The translations under genes and the position numbers were made by a program. 64,000 bases of DNA, taken from IMG/VR virus record IMGVR_UViG_3300020442_000007, positions 64,001-128,000 of that record; one strand, given 5' to 3'. Source of the stretch: a virus. The first letter of the stretch is position 1. The number at the start of each line of letters is the position of its first letter. Below, piece by piece: positions 1-8,754 of the stretch. The notes below the pieces were generated by a model. It saw nothing but the letters and a program-made list of their open reading frames with translations. It was not told where the DNA came from and searched no databases.

Positions 1-420
1 GGACATCAACCTACACATAAAGTATTAGACCATATGCGAGAAAAATGGTCAGAAGAAGCATGGCTCAAACATTGGAACAAATATCAAAAATGCACACACA
101 ACTATTACCATTGTAATTTTGCTGATACTAAAAATCTACGGAAAATTTTGAAAAAATTTCATGCTCCTTACTATGGTAGTGTATTTTGGTATGATGGAGC
201 ATTGAAAAGAATGCCTGCTAATATAAACAAAACTAGTGAACAAAGCCATAAAAATGCAAAAGCATTTATGCGTTCATTAGTAGATTACAATCCAAGTATG
301 CTAGTATATGGTTCAGATCATTGTTGTGCTACATTCAATGGAATAAGTGCTGCAGATGCCCTAGCAAATATGCAAGAGGATACAAGGCAAAAATTATGGA
401 GGGAAATTAATGCGATATAG
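1..420 (+). CDS. hypothetical protein, probably 5'-truncated by the window edge
   Basis: ORF track gives 34..420, but the frame is open back to base 1 (GGA CAT CAA CCT ACA CAT AAA GTA TTA GAC CAT ATG); overlaps the next gene start. Confidence 0.6.
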   Translation, partial: GHQPTHKVLDHMREKWSEEAWLKHWNKYQKCTHNYYHCNFADTKNLRKILKKFHAPYYGSVFWYDGALKRMPANINKTSEQSHKNAKAFMRSLVDYNPSMLVYGSDHCCATFNGISAADALANMQEDTRQKLWREINAI

Positions 421-1024
421 AGGTATATCAGAAGCTGAGCATCATCGGGTCTTACATGAAATAAAAATAGATAGACAATCGTTTATAGACTTTTACAATA
501 TGTTTCCAAAAGAAACACATCTTCCTTGGAATGAATTTAAATTAAAATATAATGCGAATAATCCTTACAGACGCAATCTTACAGACAAATTTAAAATGGT
601 ATATGCTCCTGCATATGAAGGTAAAGAACTTATAGAATATCCAATTATACAAGAATTAATTAGTAAATTTAATTTCAGGAATCCACTGATAGTCACTGAT
701 ATACAAATACTAACTTATGACCCTGGCTTTAGATTTAAAACACATATTGATGCAGAAGTTAATTGGAGTATGTTTTTGCCTTTGATACCAGAAGATGGTG
801 GAGAACCTTTAGTGTATCACGAAGGCGAAAATATGAAAGATCCTGGTCCAGAAATATACCGTGTGCATTATTGTACTGAACACTTGACTCTTACAACAGG
901 AGCAGTAATACATAGAGTTCCGGAAATGGCTGGGCCAAGAGTGCTTTTACGCATCAGGAGTGGCGATGAAACCTATCAAGAGCTTATTGATAAGATTAAT
1001 AAAGGCACATTCTTTAATATATAA
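410..1024 (+). CDS. 2OG-Fe(II) oxygenase superfamily protein
   Basis: HxD (THIDAE), distal His (IHRV) and Arg (PRVLLR) in double-stranded beta-helix spacing. Confidence 0.7.
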   Translation: MRYRGISEAEHHRVLHEIKIDRQSFIDFYNMFPKETHLPWNEFKLKYNANNPYRRNLTDKFKMVYAPAYEGKELIEYPIIQELISKFNFRNPLIVTDIQILTYDPGFRFKTHIDAEVNWSMFLPLIPEDGGEPLVYHEGENMKDPGPEIYRVHYCTEHLTLTTGAVIHRVPEMAGPRVLLRIRSGDETYQELIDKINKGTFFNI

Positions 1025-1034
1025 GTATTTTGCT

Positions 1035-1042
1035 TATAAATA
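1035..1042 (+). promoter_or_regulatory. T4-type late promoter motif TATAAATA (second copy CATAAATA at 1087-1094)
   Basis: Exact match to the T4 late consensus in the intergenic region before the fibre gene. Confidence 0.55.
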
Positions 1043-1127
1043 CATTATACAAAGCAAAAACGAAGATAAGTATTATTGCAATATGGCATAAATACATATA
1101 AGAAACGATATTTCAGGAGTTCTATAA

Positions 1128-2522
1128 ATGGCTTTAAGACTTAGACGTGGTACTAATGCAGAAAGACTGTTAGTTACCCCATTAGAGGGCGAATTAGTAT
1201 ATACCACAGACACAAAAAAGATTTTCGCGGGAGATGGCACAACTATTGGCGGTACAGAAATTGCGGGCCTGAATAGTGTAGTAGCAGATACTACTCCTCA
1301 ACTAGGTGGAAACCTAGATTTAAATAGTCAAAATATAACAGGTATAGGTAACATCACAATAGATGGTACTATTACTGCACCACAATTTGAAGGTAACATA
1401 TTAGCAGACGATAGTACATTGGTGTTCAATAGTGCTACTCAAGCACTAGCAATTACAAACTTAACAATTTCCGGTGATGTAGATTTAACCGAAGCTACAA
1501 ATAAATTAGACGTATTTTCCAATCATGCTAGTACATCTAGCAACATAGTTTTAAATAGATCAAAAGGGACTAAAGCCAGCCCAACTGCTCTTAGTGATAA
1601 TGACAATATTTTTGGTATTAAATTTGTAGGACATGATGGGACTAGCTATACCGGTGGTGCAAGTATTATTTCTGATATTGATGGAACAGTATCAACAGGT
1701 AATGTACCAGCTGATTTATCTTTCAAAGTAACTAATTCAAGTGGTACAGAATTAACACCTATTAAATTAAATTCAAGTGGTATAATTGAAACTAACACAC
1801 AAGTAAACAATTTTGAAAGTTCATTTTTTTATAGTGTAGGAAATTCATCAAATGCTAGAAGTATAGAAAGATACAGATCAAGAGGCTCAGTCGCCGCTCC
1901 AGTAGTCAATAATGTAAACGATCTAATCTACCAAGACAAGTACTATGGTTATGATGGTGCGGCTCATAAGATGGTTGTAAGAACACAAGGTATGGTTGGT
2001 AACAGTAGTATATCATCAGGTGTAATGAGTGGTAGATATCGTGTGCGTATGACAGACGCATCAGGTACAGAAAAGACGTACTTAGATATCAGAGGTAATG
2101 ATGATAAAATACAAATTCGTAGTGATTTAGAAATTCCACAATTTAGTTTAGTAGTAGGTGGTATAAAACATTTTGAGAATAGAATTGTTGGTCTTGATTC
2201 AAACGCAGATATTGAAATCCAAGCATCTGGTACAGGTGATGTAGTAGTATCAGGTGGTTTAAGATCAGATGGTATTAAATTTGAAGGCAACACTATTAAA
2301 ACTACGGATTCCAACGCACCATTAGAGCTTTCAGCTTCAGGCACAGGCATTGTTTCAGCAACAAATTTGACTGCTTTGAATTACATGCAACTTCCGGTGT
2401 ATGCTAACAATACTGCAAGAGATTCAGCAATAAGTTCACCAAACGCAGGTATGCTTATATTCAATTCAACAGGCACTAAATTCCAAGGTTATACTGGTGC
2501 TGCTTGGGTAGACCTAAATTAA
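1128..2522 (+). CDS. tail fibre / virion fibre protein with Mtd_N (hyaluronidase-N)-like N-terminus
   Basis: N-term LRLRRGT..GELVYTTDTKKIFAGDG; PQLGGNLDLN motif; internal repeats (RSKG..PT/RSRG..PV; two DSNA.IE..ASGTG); C-term GMLIFNST..FQGY..W; SD AGGAG. Confidence 0.8.
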   Translation: MALRLRRGTNAERLLVTPLEGELVYTTDTKKIFAGDGTTIGGTEIAGLNSVVADTTPQLGGNLDLNSQNITGIGNITIDGTITAPQFEGNILADDSTLVFNSATQALAITNLTISGDVDLTEATNKLDVFSNHASTSSNIVLNRSKGTKASPTALSDNDNIFGIKFVGHDGTSYTGGASIISDIDGTVSTGNVPADLSFKVTNSSGTELTPIKLNSSGIIETNTQVNNFESSFFYSVGNSSNARSIERYRSRGSVAAPVVNNVNDLIYQDKYYGYDGAAHKMVVRTQGMVGNSSISSGVMSGRYRVRMTDASGTEKTYLDIRGNDDKIQIRSDLEIPQFSLVVGGIKHFENRIVGLDSNADIEIQASGTGDVVVSGGLRSDGIKFEGNTIKTTDSNAPLELSASGTGIVSATNLTALNYMQLPVYANNTARDSAISSPNAGMLIFNSTGTKFQGYTGAAWVDLN

Positions 2523-2525
2523 CAG

Positions 2526-2554
2526 TTGACAATATAAGTAATTCATAGTATAAT
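2526..2554 (+). promoter_or_regulatory. consensus sigma70 promoter, probably leaderless
   Basis: TTGACA (2526-2531), 17 bp spacer, TATAAT (2549-2554); ATG at 2561 with no SD. Confidence 0.85.
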
Positions 2555-2560
2555 TAAACT

Positions 2561-3208
2561 ATGAAAACTAATCCCATTATAGTAGTAAACGCCCTTATGG
2601 GTTCTAAAGGACATCAGATTGCAAGACTGATAGCTAGTTGTTCTAATGTGCGATGGTATGATCATCATTGGAATGGTGCCAATCCTTGGGAACCTTGTAG
2701 TCATATCTTAAATCATGAATATAGCAAATATCATTTTGATAGAAGATTTAGTGATAACTCAACTATACCTCCTGTACTAGATTTTGCAGAACGTAGCAAT
2801 CATGAAGCACAAAAAATTCCATATGATATATTAGGCAAAGATGAAAAATTGATTTATGTTACACATGGAGATTTGGGCGAATCACGTGATTTCTTTAATG
2901 GCAAACATTTGGTAGTTTTTGATAAAGATATAAAAAGATTTTTTGAAACATCTTGGAAATACAAAGTGGGAAAAACAAGAACTCTTATAAGTGAACTATA
3001 TACTGTAGCAGAAGCAAAAGCTATGCTAAAAGGCGTCTTAGACAGCTATACAACGCATCTAAGCGGTGATGACTTTGCTATACATAGTGTAGAGGACCTT
3101 CTTAATATAGACATGTTTAAAATGCTTTGTAGCAAGTTTAATTTGAATTTTGACGAGAACGCATATAATAAAGTATGTAAATTTATAGATGAAAATAGAA
3201 ATAATTAA
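2561..3208 (+). CDS. sulfotransferase-fold (P-loop-like) hypothetical protein
   Basis: N-terminal strand followed by MGSKGHQIARL loop-helix; YVTH motif. Confidence 0.45.
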   Translation: MKTNPIIVVNALMGSKGHQIARLIASCSNVRWYDHHWNGANPWEPCSHILNHEYSKYHFDRRFSDNSTIPPVLDFAERSNHEAQKIPYDILGKDEKLIYVTHGDLGESRDFFNGKHLVVFDKDIKRFFETSWKYKVGKTRTLISELYTVAEAKAMLKGVLDSYTTHLSGDDFAIHSVEDLLNIDMFKMLCSKFNLNFDENAYNKVCKFIDENRNN

Positions 3209-3740
3209 TGATAACCTAAAACCAAAATTGAGATCCTTTTGCCAAAAAGCAGAAGCACTAGGGTATAGTAATAATGCTAGTCTTGATGCAATGAAATTTG
3301 ATTGGTGCCAAGAAATTGGTAAATGGCTATGTGCAATAGAAAATGATGAAATAATTGCAGTAGCAGGATGCCATCCCCTTCCAGAAGTTTCAAAAAATGC
3401 TTGGAGAATAATGTTCAGAGGTTGCGAGCTACCCAAAAAAGATAATTTTAAAGGATTAGGCAAAGGAGATTGGAATAGTATTACACAACGTGAAATGATT
3501 CCATATTTCATTAATTACTGTCCTACAAAGGAAATTTACATAACTACTAATATAGACAACGAACATTCTAATGGCAAGGCTAGCCGTAACCATAGATTAA
3601 TGGGGTTACTAGCCAAACAAGGAATACTTGATTGGCACTCTAATATTACATTATACTATACTGAACAAACTGTTTGGAAACTTAATATAGAGGAATATAC
3701 AAGACGCAGGAATTTGTTAGGAGGAAAATATGTGGGTTAA
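3189..3740 (+). CDS. GNAT-like acyltransferase
   Basis: WLCAIENDEIIAVAG..WRIMFR strand pattern and size typical of GNAT. Confidence 0.5.
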   Translation: MKIEIINDNLKPKLRSFCQKAEALGYSNNASLDAMKFDWCQEIGKWLCAIENDEIIAVAGCHPLPEVSKNAWRIMFRGCELPKKDNFKGLGKGDWNSITQREMIPYFINYCPTKEIYITTNIDNEHSNGKASRNHRLMGLLAKQGILDWHSNITLYYTEQTVWKLNIEEYTRRRNLLGGKYVG

Positions 3741-3987
3741 TTGGAAACATTTAAATGAAGCGAAAACAAAAGCAGGAAGACCAGATGCTGGTTATTTTTG
3801 GCACTTTAAACTTGCAATTAACGAATTCTTTTTCTTGCTTTTTGTATGCATAGGTAGTTTGATACATGCTTTCTTTCCGTGGGTGCTTGATTTTAAATTG
3901 TTAGAATGGCGCATAAACAGGTTAAAAGAATTAAAGAAAAAATTACCAGATGATCCACAACTTAAAAAGGTGAAGTTTTATGACTAA
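3730..3987 (+). CDS. DUF6356-like small protein
   Basis: HL..(G)Y..HF..A....IHAFFPW pattern; paralogue at 16378. Confidence 0.6.
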   Translation: MWVNWKHLNEAKTKAGRPDAGYFWHFKLAINEFFFLLFVCIGSLIHAFFPWVLDFKLLEWRINRLKELKKKLPDDPQLKKVKFYD

Positions 3988-4816
3988 TGTTTTAGATTTA
4001 ATTGCATATAAAAATGGAGAATATAAACCATTAGGACAAATAGGTCCAACAATTTTAGATTTTGGATTTATTCATTGCGATGCTACATATGATGTGATGC
4101 CAGTATATGACGGAAAAGCATTTTGTTATGATAGACATTTGCAGAGATTTAAAAATAGTGCTGAACGATACGGACTTACACTTCCAGACGTTGATCCTTT
4201 AGAAATAATAAAAGAATTAGCAAAACGCAATCCTATTGAAAATGCATTTGTTTGGTTTTTGATATGGCGTGGTTATCCACCTAGTGGAAATCCAAGAGAC
4301 TTAGAAAATTGTCCTGTAAATTTTGCAATGTATATAAAACCAAGTTATCCTATAGCAAGTACGCCTCAAGTGAAATTATTTTTAGATAGAGATACAAAAC
4401 GTGTAAATGATGATTATTATGGACAAACATATAAAAACATGGCTTGGATAGAACTTACAATGAGTCAACGTAACAGGCCAAATAATTATGATACAACTGT
4501 TTTAGTTGACACAAACGGTTTTATAACCGAAGGTCCTGGATTTAATGTTGGCATTGTTAAAGATAAAATTATAATGACATCTGATAAAAATGTACTAAAA
4601 GGTATAACAATGAGTGTCGTTGAAGACATTGCCAACGAAAACGGTTCTACTTTCAAACGCTTACCTATAAGTGCAGAATTTTTTGAATCTGCTGATGAAG
4701 TTTTTATTACAAGCTCAAGTGGAGGTGTAACGGCTACTGATAAAACAGGTGTGGTCACAGATTTTTTGATTGCACAATATGAGAAGAAAAAAACTGAGTA
4801 TGCAACAGAGTTATGA
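3980..4816 (+). CDS. PLP fold-type IV aminotransferase (class IV)
   Basis: DFGFIHCDATYDV, HLQRF, catalytic Lys in YKNMAW, TEGPGFN, LKGIT, ADEVFITSS. Confidence 0.9.
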   Translation: MTNVLDLIAYKNGEYKPLGQIGPTILDFGFIHCDATYDVMPVYDGKAFCYDRHLQRFKNSAERYGLTLPDVDPLEIIKELAKRNPIENAFVWFLIWRGYPPSGNPRDLENCPVNFAMYIKPSYPIASTPQVKLFLDRDTKRVNDDYYGQTYKNMAWIELTMSQRNRPNNYDTTVLVDTNGFITEGPGFNVGIVKDKIIMTSDKNVLKGITMSVVEDIANENGSTFKRLPISAEFFESADEVFITSSSGGVTATDKTGVVTDFLIAQYEKKKTEYATEL

Positions 4817-5550
4817 CAGACTTCAAACAAATATTAAAAGAAGGTTGCACTATATCAAGTAGTGGAACCACTGGCACGCCTAAACAAATTTTTAGATCTC
4901 CAAAAAATTTAGAAGCATGTAATGCTGTTGCTATCAAGGATCAGCATATCACATCAAAGAGCAAAATATTTACTTGCACAAGAATGACTCATGCTGGAGG
5001 GTTATTACTGCAAAGTTTACCTGCATATACATTAGGATGTGATATTCACATTACAAAATTTAATCCTTTTAGTTTTATTAAAGATTTTGAAAAATACACA
5101 CACACCTTTTTACCTCCTGCTATGTGTGAAGCCATAATAAAAACTAAAGGATTTTCAAACGCTAATTTTAACGGAAAAATAATAGCAATGGGCAGTGATA
5201 TAATACCTTGGGATCATATTCGTAAATTTGTAAGCAAAGGCGCAACAGTTATTGCTAATTGGGGTATGAGTGAAATAGGTCCATGTGCAATAAACACAAC
5301 ATTTGAGACACTAAAGTATGTTGACAGGCATGCAGAATGGGCACCTAATGGATTACCTATTATGGGTGAAAATTTAAATTGTTGCTATCAAATTGATTAT
5401 AAAACAGACGAACTACTTGTTAAAGGAGATATCTGTATTCATGATGATTGGTTTGCAACAGGCGATAAAGTGCATTTACATTATAAAATGCCGCAACTAG
5501 GTTATTTTCCTATATTATATTATAAAGCAAGATTAGCACACGCCAGTTGA
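4813..5550 (+). CDS. truncated AMP-binding (ANL superfamily) adenylate-forming enzyme
   Basis: SSGTTGTPK (A3), WGMSE (A5), WFATGD (A7); only 245 aa. Confidence 0.8.
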   Translation: MTDFKQILKEGCTISSSGTTGTPKQIFRSPKNLEACNAVAIKDQHITSKSKIFTCTRMTHAGGLLLQSLPAYTLGCDIHITKFNPFSFIKDFEKYTHTFLPPAMCEAIIKTKGFSNANFNGKIIAMGSDIIPWDHIRKFVSKGATVIANWGMSEIGPCAINTTFETLKYVDRHAEWAPNGLPIMGENLNCCYQIDYKTDELLVKGDICIHDDWFATGDKVHLHYKMPQLGYFPILYYKARLAHAS

Positions 5551-6264
5551 AATTCTTTCAACTATGTGATTTAAGGCTGGATAATAATCATCATCTTTTG
5601 GGTCATGCTTACTTAACACATCAGCAAGTTTATCATCTCTTTTACAAAATTCATTAAAACTTATCGTTTTATTTGGTAAACCTAACCCTTCGAAAATTTC
5701 TTGTACTGTATTATTTCTTATAGTAGGAAAAAAATTTGTGATATTTTGATTTTCAATAGCAATTTGTTTTTTCATACCTACATCATCTTTATACCAAAAA
5801 TAATGAGGATATGATATATCCCAACCTCCACAGATATGCCACCATTCAAAACATTCTTCATTAGTTCTTTGAACACCTATAAACTTTGCATCTGGAAACA
5901 TATTTTTTAGATAGTCAAGATGATAAGCAAACCAATGACTTTTGATTATTTTTTTACCATGATTCCAGTCTGTGTAAGGTTTTTTAAAATCCTCAACAAT
6001 TTGTTCTTTGCTAAGTGTATCAAGTATATCAAACTGTTTTCCAAACTCATGATCAGGACCCCAATACGCACCTCTATGCCAACCCCTGGTAACTAATTTA
6101 CCTGTATCAGGATTGATAGTCTCATGATTGTAAACTCTATCAGGGGTTTCATCAGAAATATTTATATCTATGTTTGATGTTATCATACGTAGTATTCCGC
6201 TCCATCTACTGCCTGGAGCACCTGTCGCTAAAATTAAATCTTTACCTGTGTAATCTTCATACAT
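5533..6264 (-). CDS. sulfotransferase-fold protein (paralogue of 8024..8731)
   Basis: ATGAPGSRWS loop, GAYWGP, IIKSHWF, IGVQR. Confidence 0.55.
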   Translation of the reverse strand: MYEDYTGKDLILATGAPGSRWSGILRMITSNIDINISDETPDRVYNHETINPDTGKLVTRGWHRGAYWGPDHEFGKQFDILDTLSKEQIVEDFKKPYTDWNHGKKIIKSHWFAYHLDYLKNMFPDAKFIGVQRTNEECFEWWHICGGWDISYPHYFWYKDDVGMKKQIAIENQNITNFFPTIRNNTVQEIFEGLGLPNKTISFNEFCKRDDKLADVLSKHDPKDDDYYPALNHIVERISTGVC

Positions 6265-7051
6265 TTTTTATTCCTTCTAAAATCATTTCTGCCATAATTT
6301 TATGTGATTCAACTCCAGGATGAAACCCATCTCTTGCTAAATCTACTACAGTTTCTTTTGCTTCAAACGGCACCTTGGATATATTATGTAGACTTGGCAC
6401 AATAGACTTCCACGCCCTTCTTTCACAATATGCAAGAATTAGTCTTGAATTCGGAAACAAACCTTTTAAAAAAAAGTCAAATAATTTTAAACAGTCAACA
6501 TCTGAATTAGTAAAATGTTTTTTGTATCCTTCTTCTTGTTCTAACTTTCTTATTTTATATATTTCACGTAAAGCCCAACCATAATTTTGAAAAAACCTTG
6601 TATCATTTAAAACAACATAATCAGGATTAAAATTTTTAAATTCTATTAATGGATCTATAATATCAGTTAATGAATCAGCTGAGCTAAAATTTATATAAGA
6701 TGCATTTAATTTTTCTGCCACTAAATATGGAAAACTTTCTTCTACATTCACTCCGGTACCTAGACATAAACTTCCACCGGCAAATATAATCTTAACATCA
6801 GCGTCATAATTTGGTTCAGGTCCTCGGAGACCTAAGCTATTCCATCTATATTCTACATGTTTATTTACAGCATCTTTTTGAGCTATATGTGCCGTAAATA
6901 GATCTCTCCCTCTGCCCCCAACCCAAGGTTTACTATTTTCCTCATTATCTTTTCCGTTCCAAAGATCTATTGTGCAAGGTTCGTTAAACATTTGTTTACG
7001 TATCTTAGGTTGTTGTCCTTTTGTTTTTCTTGGGGTAATAGGTTCAGACAT
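6257..7051 (-). CDS. SGNH/GDSL hydrolase/acyltransferase-like protein
   Basis: NSLGLRG, block I AGGSLCLG with Ser, block V DGFHPG. Confidence 0.7.
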   Translation of the reverse strand: MSEPITPRKTKGQQPKIRKQMFNEPCTIDLWNGKDNEENSKPWVGGRGRDLFTAHIAQKDAVNKHVEYRWNSLGLRGPEPNYDADVKIIFAGGSLCLGTGVNVEESFPYLVAEKLNASYINFSSADSLTDIIDPLIEFKNFNPDYVVLNDTRFFQNYGWALREIYKIRKLEQEEGYKKHFTNSDVDCLKLFDFFLKGLFPNSRLILAYCERRAWKSIVPSLHNISKVPFEAKETVVDLARDGFHPGVESHKIMAEMILEGIKNV

Positions 7052-8015
7052 TAATTATATGCTCTTTAGATCCGTTGTTCATTAAATTAGTAAACTTTTC
7101 ATTTATAAATCCAGTAGCTTGTAAAGTTATTCTTGGTGTGTAGCCCATATTAGAAGCAGCATGCGGCATATTACACCAATCATACACAACACATTCACCT
7201 GCATCATAACCTTGATAATATGTATTTCCGAACTGCCATACATGTCCATAATCCCAAGGTGTTAAAGCTATCAGTATCCTACGTAACATAAGTGGATTTT
7301 TATCTGCTCCTGCGGCAATCCATTTTTCTCTCCATTCTGGTCTAGCATATCTCATCTGTTGATCAATATGGAAAGGTGTTACTTCTCCTAGACGTTGTAT
7401 ATGCACTCTTGATTGATGTACATCATACATACCTACTGCTTCTAACATTCTAAAAAAAACAGCAGAATCAGGATGAGTATCTCTTCTTTCATTATGAGCA
7501 ATTTGATGATGATACATGCAAGATACATCATCTTTGCCTGATGCACGTTTAATGTCCATCATTTCACCTTCATGTAAATCTTTATCTTGCTGACTAGAAT
7601 TACGTGGTCTATAGTTTCCTATAGTATGTTCTTTACATTTTCTTAAAGCTCTTTGTACACCAGCTTCCCAGTCACCTTTAAATTTACACATAACTGTAAA
7701 AGTTTTTTCTTGTGGATCACCTTTTGGATCAAAATGCCAAGTAGACCGCAATTTATTATGATACCATCTACTAGGAATTCCGTCAACCGTGTAAACATTC
7801 ATGTTAGATTTTTTATGACGTTGTAGTTGCTCCTCTGAATACATATCATCTTGGTAATTGCTATCATTAATGTTCACACCTTCTTCAAGTTGTGGAATTT
7901 GATCCGGTACAAGATCTTTGACACGATCACCGGAATAATAATTAACATTATCTTTATCACCTTCAATTGATTTTTTTAAAATTTTGTTTGCATCATCTGC
8001 GTAATCTTTTTCCAT
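7044..8015 (-). CDS. 2OG-Fe(II) oxygenase (Asp/Asn beta-hydroxylase-like)
   Basis: FHIDQ ... PHAASN..PRITLQ; paralogue of 12241 and 14657 genes. Confidence 0.75.
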   Translation of the reverse strand: MEKDYADDANKILKKSIEGDKDNVNYYSGDRVKDLVPDQIPQLEEGVNINDSNYQDDMYSEEQLQRHKKSNMNVYTVDGIPSRWYHNKLRSTWHFDPKGDPQEKTFTVMCKFKGDWEAGVQRALRKCKEHTIGNYRPRNSSQQDKDLHEGEMMDIKRASGKDDVSCMYHHQIAHNERRDTHPDSAVFFRMLEAVGMYDVHQSRVHIQRLGEVTPFHIDQQMRYARPEWREKWIAAGADKNPLMLRRILIALTPWDYGHVWQFGNTYYQGYDAGECVVYDWCNMPHAASNMGYTPRITLQATGFINEKFTNLMNNGSKEHIINV

Positions 8016-8023
8016 ATTTGCTC

Positions 8024-8731
8024 CTAAAAATTGTATTCACACACGTTTACATCAAGCACATATCTTCCATTAAAATTATTAACTTCTTTCGGTTGGCTTT
8101 TCTCTATAGAAGAAATATAAAAATCTAACCAATCATATTCTTCTTTTGATTCTAACCCCCAGCGTTCTTTAAAATAATACCTATCACAAACATTAACTCT
8201 TAATTTGTTTTCTCCTACCCAATTATTCGCTGCGGCTACTTCTTCAAATATTTTTTCTTTGAGTAGGTCATAATTTTTATAATATGTATGATAATCTGGA
8301 TAATCAATAGACTCAAATCCTCCAGCACCTTTCCAGCCTCTGAAATTTTTTATTTCAGTTCTAAGCACAATCATTATTTTTGCTAATGGAAAAGTTTTTC
8401 TTATGTAATCTAATTGTAAGGAAAAATGATGACATTTAATAATTCTATAAGTATCCCAAGTTTTGTCAGCATATGGTCCGTCTATTTCTTGAATTATTTC
8501 TTCTTTAGTCAAAGTATCTAGTTTATCAAATTTTTGTCCGTATTCTTGTCCAGGACCCCAGTACGCTCCTAAGTGCTGTACTGGAGATCTTGTATGTGTA
8601 TACACTCTGTCATCTCTGTGATCAGATATGTTAATTGGCATAATAGTATTTTTTGATATTACGTTAGATACTGCACTCCATTTACTACCTGGGGCTCCAG
8701 TAAAGAATATTAGTTTACTTTCATCATACAT
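8024..8731 (-). CDS. sulfotransferase-fold protein (paralogue of 5533..6264)
   Basis: FTGAPGSKWS, GAYWGP, IIKCHHF, MIVLR. Confidence 0.55.
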   Translation of the reverse strand: MYDESKLIFFTGAPGSKWSAVSNVISKNTIMPINISDHRDDRVYTHTRSPVQHLGAYWGPGQEYGQKFDKLDTLTKEEIIQEIDGPYADKTWDTYRIIKCHHFSLQLDYIRKTFPLAKIMIVLRTEIKNFRGWKGAGGFESIDYPDYHTYYKNYDLLKEKIFEEVAAANNWVGENKLRVNVCDRYYFKERWGLESKEEYDWLDFYISSIEKSQPKEVNNFNGRYVLDVNVCEYNF

Positions 8732-8754
8732 TAATTTTTTTCCTATGTAAATAT

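Noticed and set aside
1128-2522. Diversity-generating retroelement suggested by the Mtd_N-like domain
   Set aside because: No reverse transcriptase, Avd, C-type lectin variable region or adenine-mismatched TR/VR pair seen in the window
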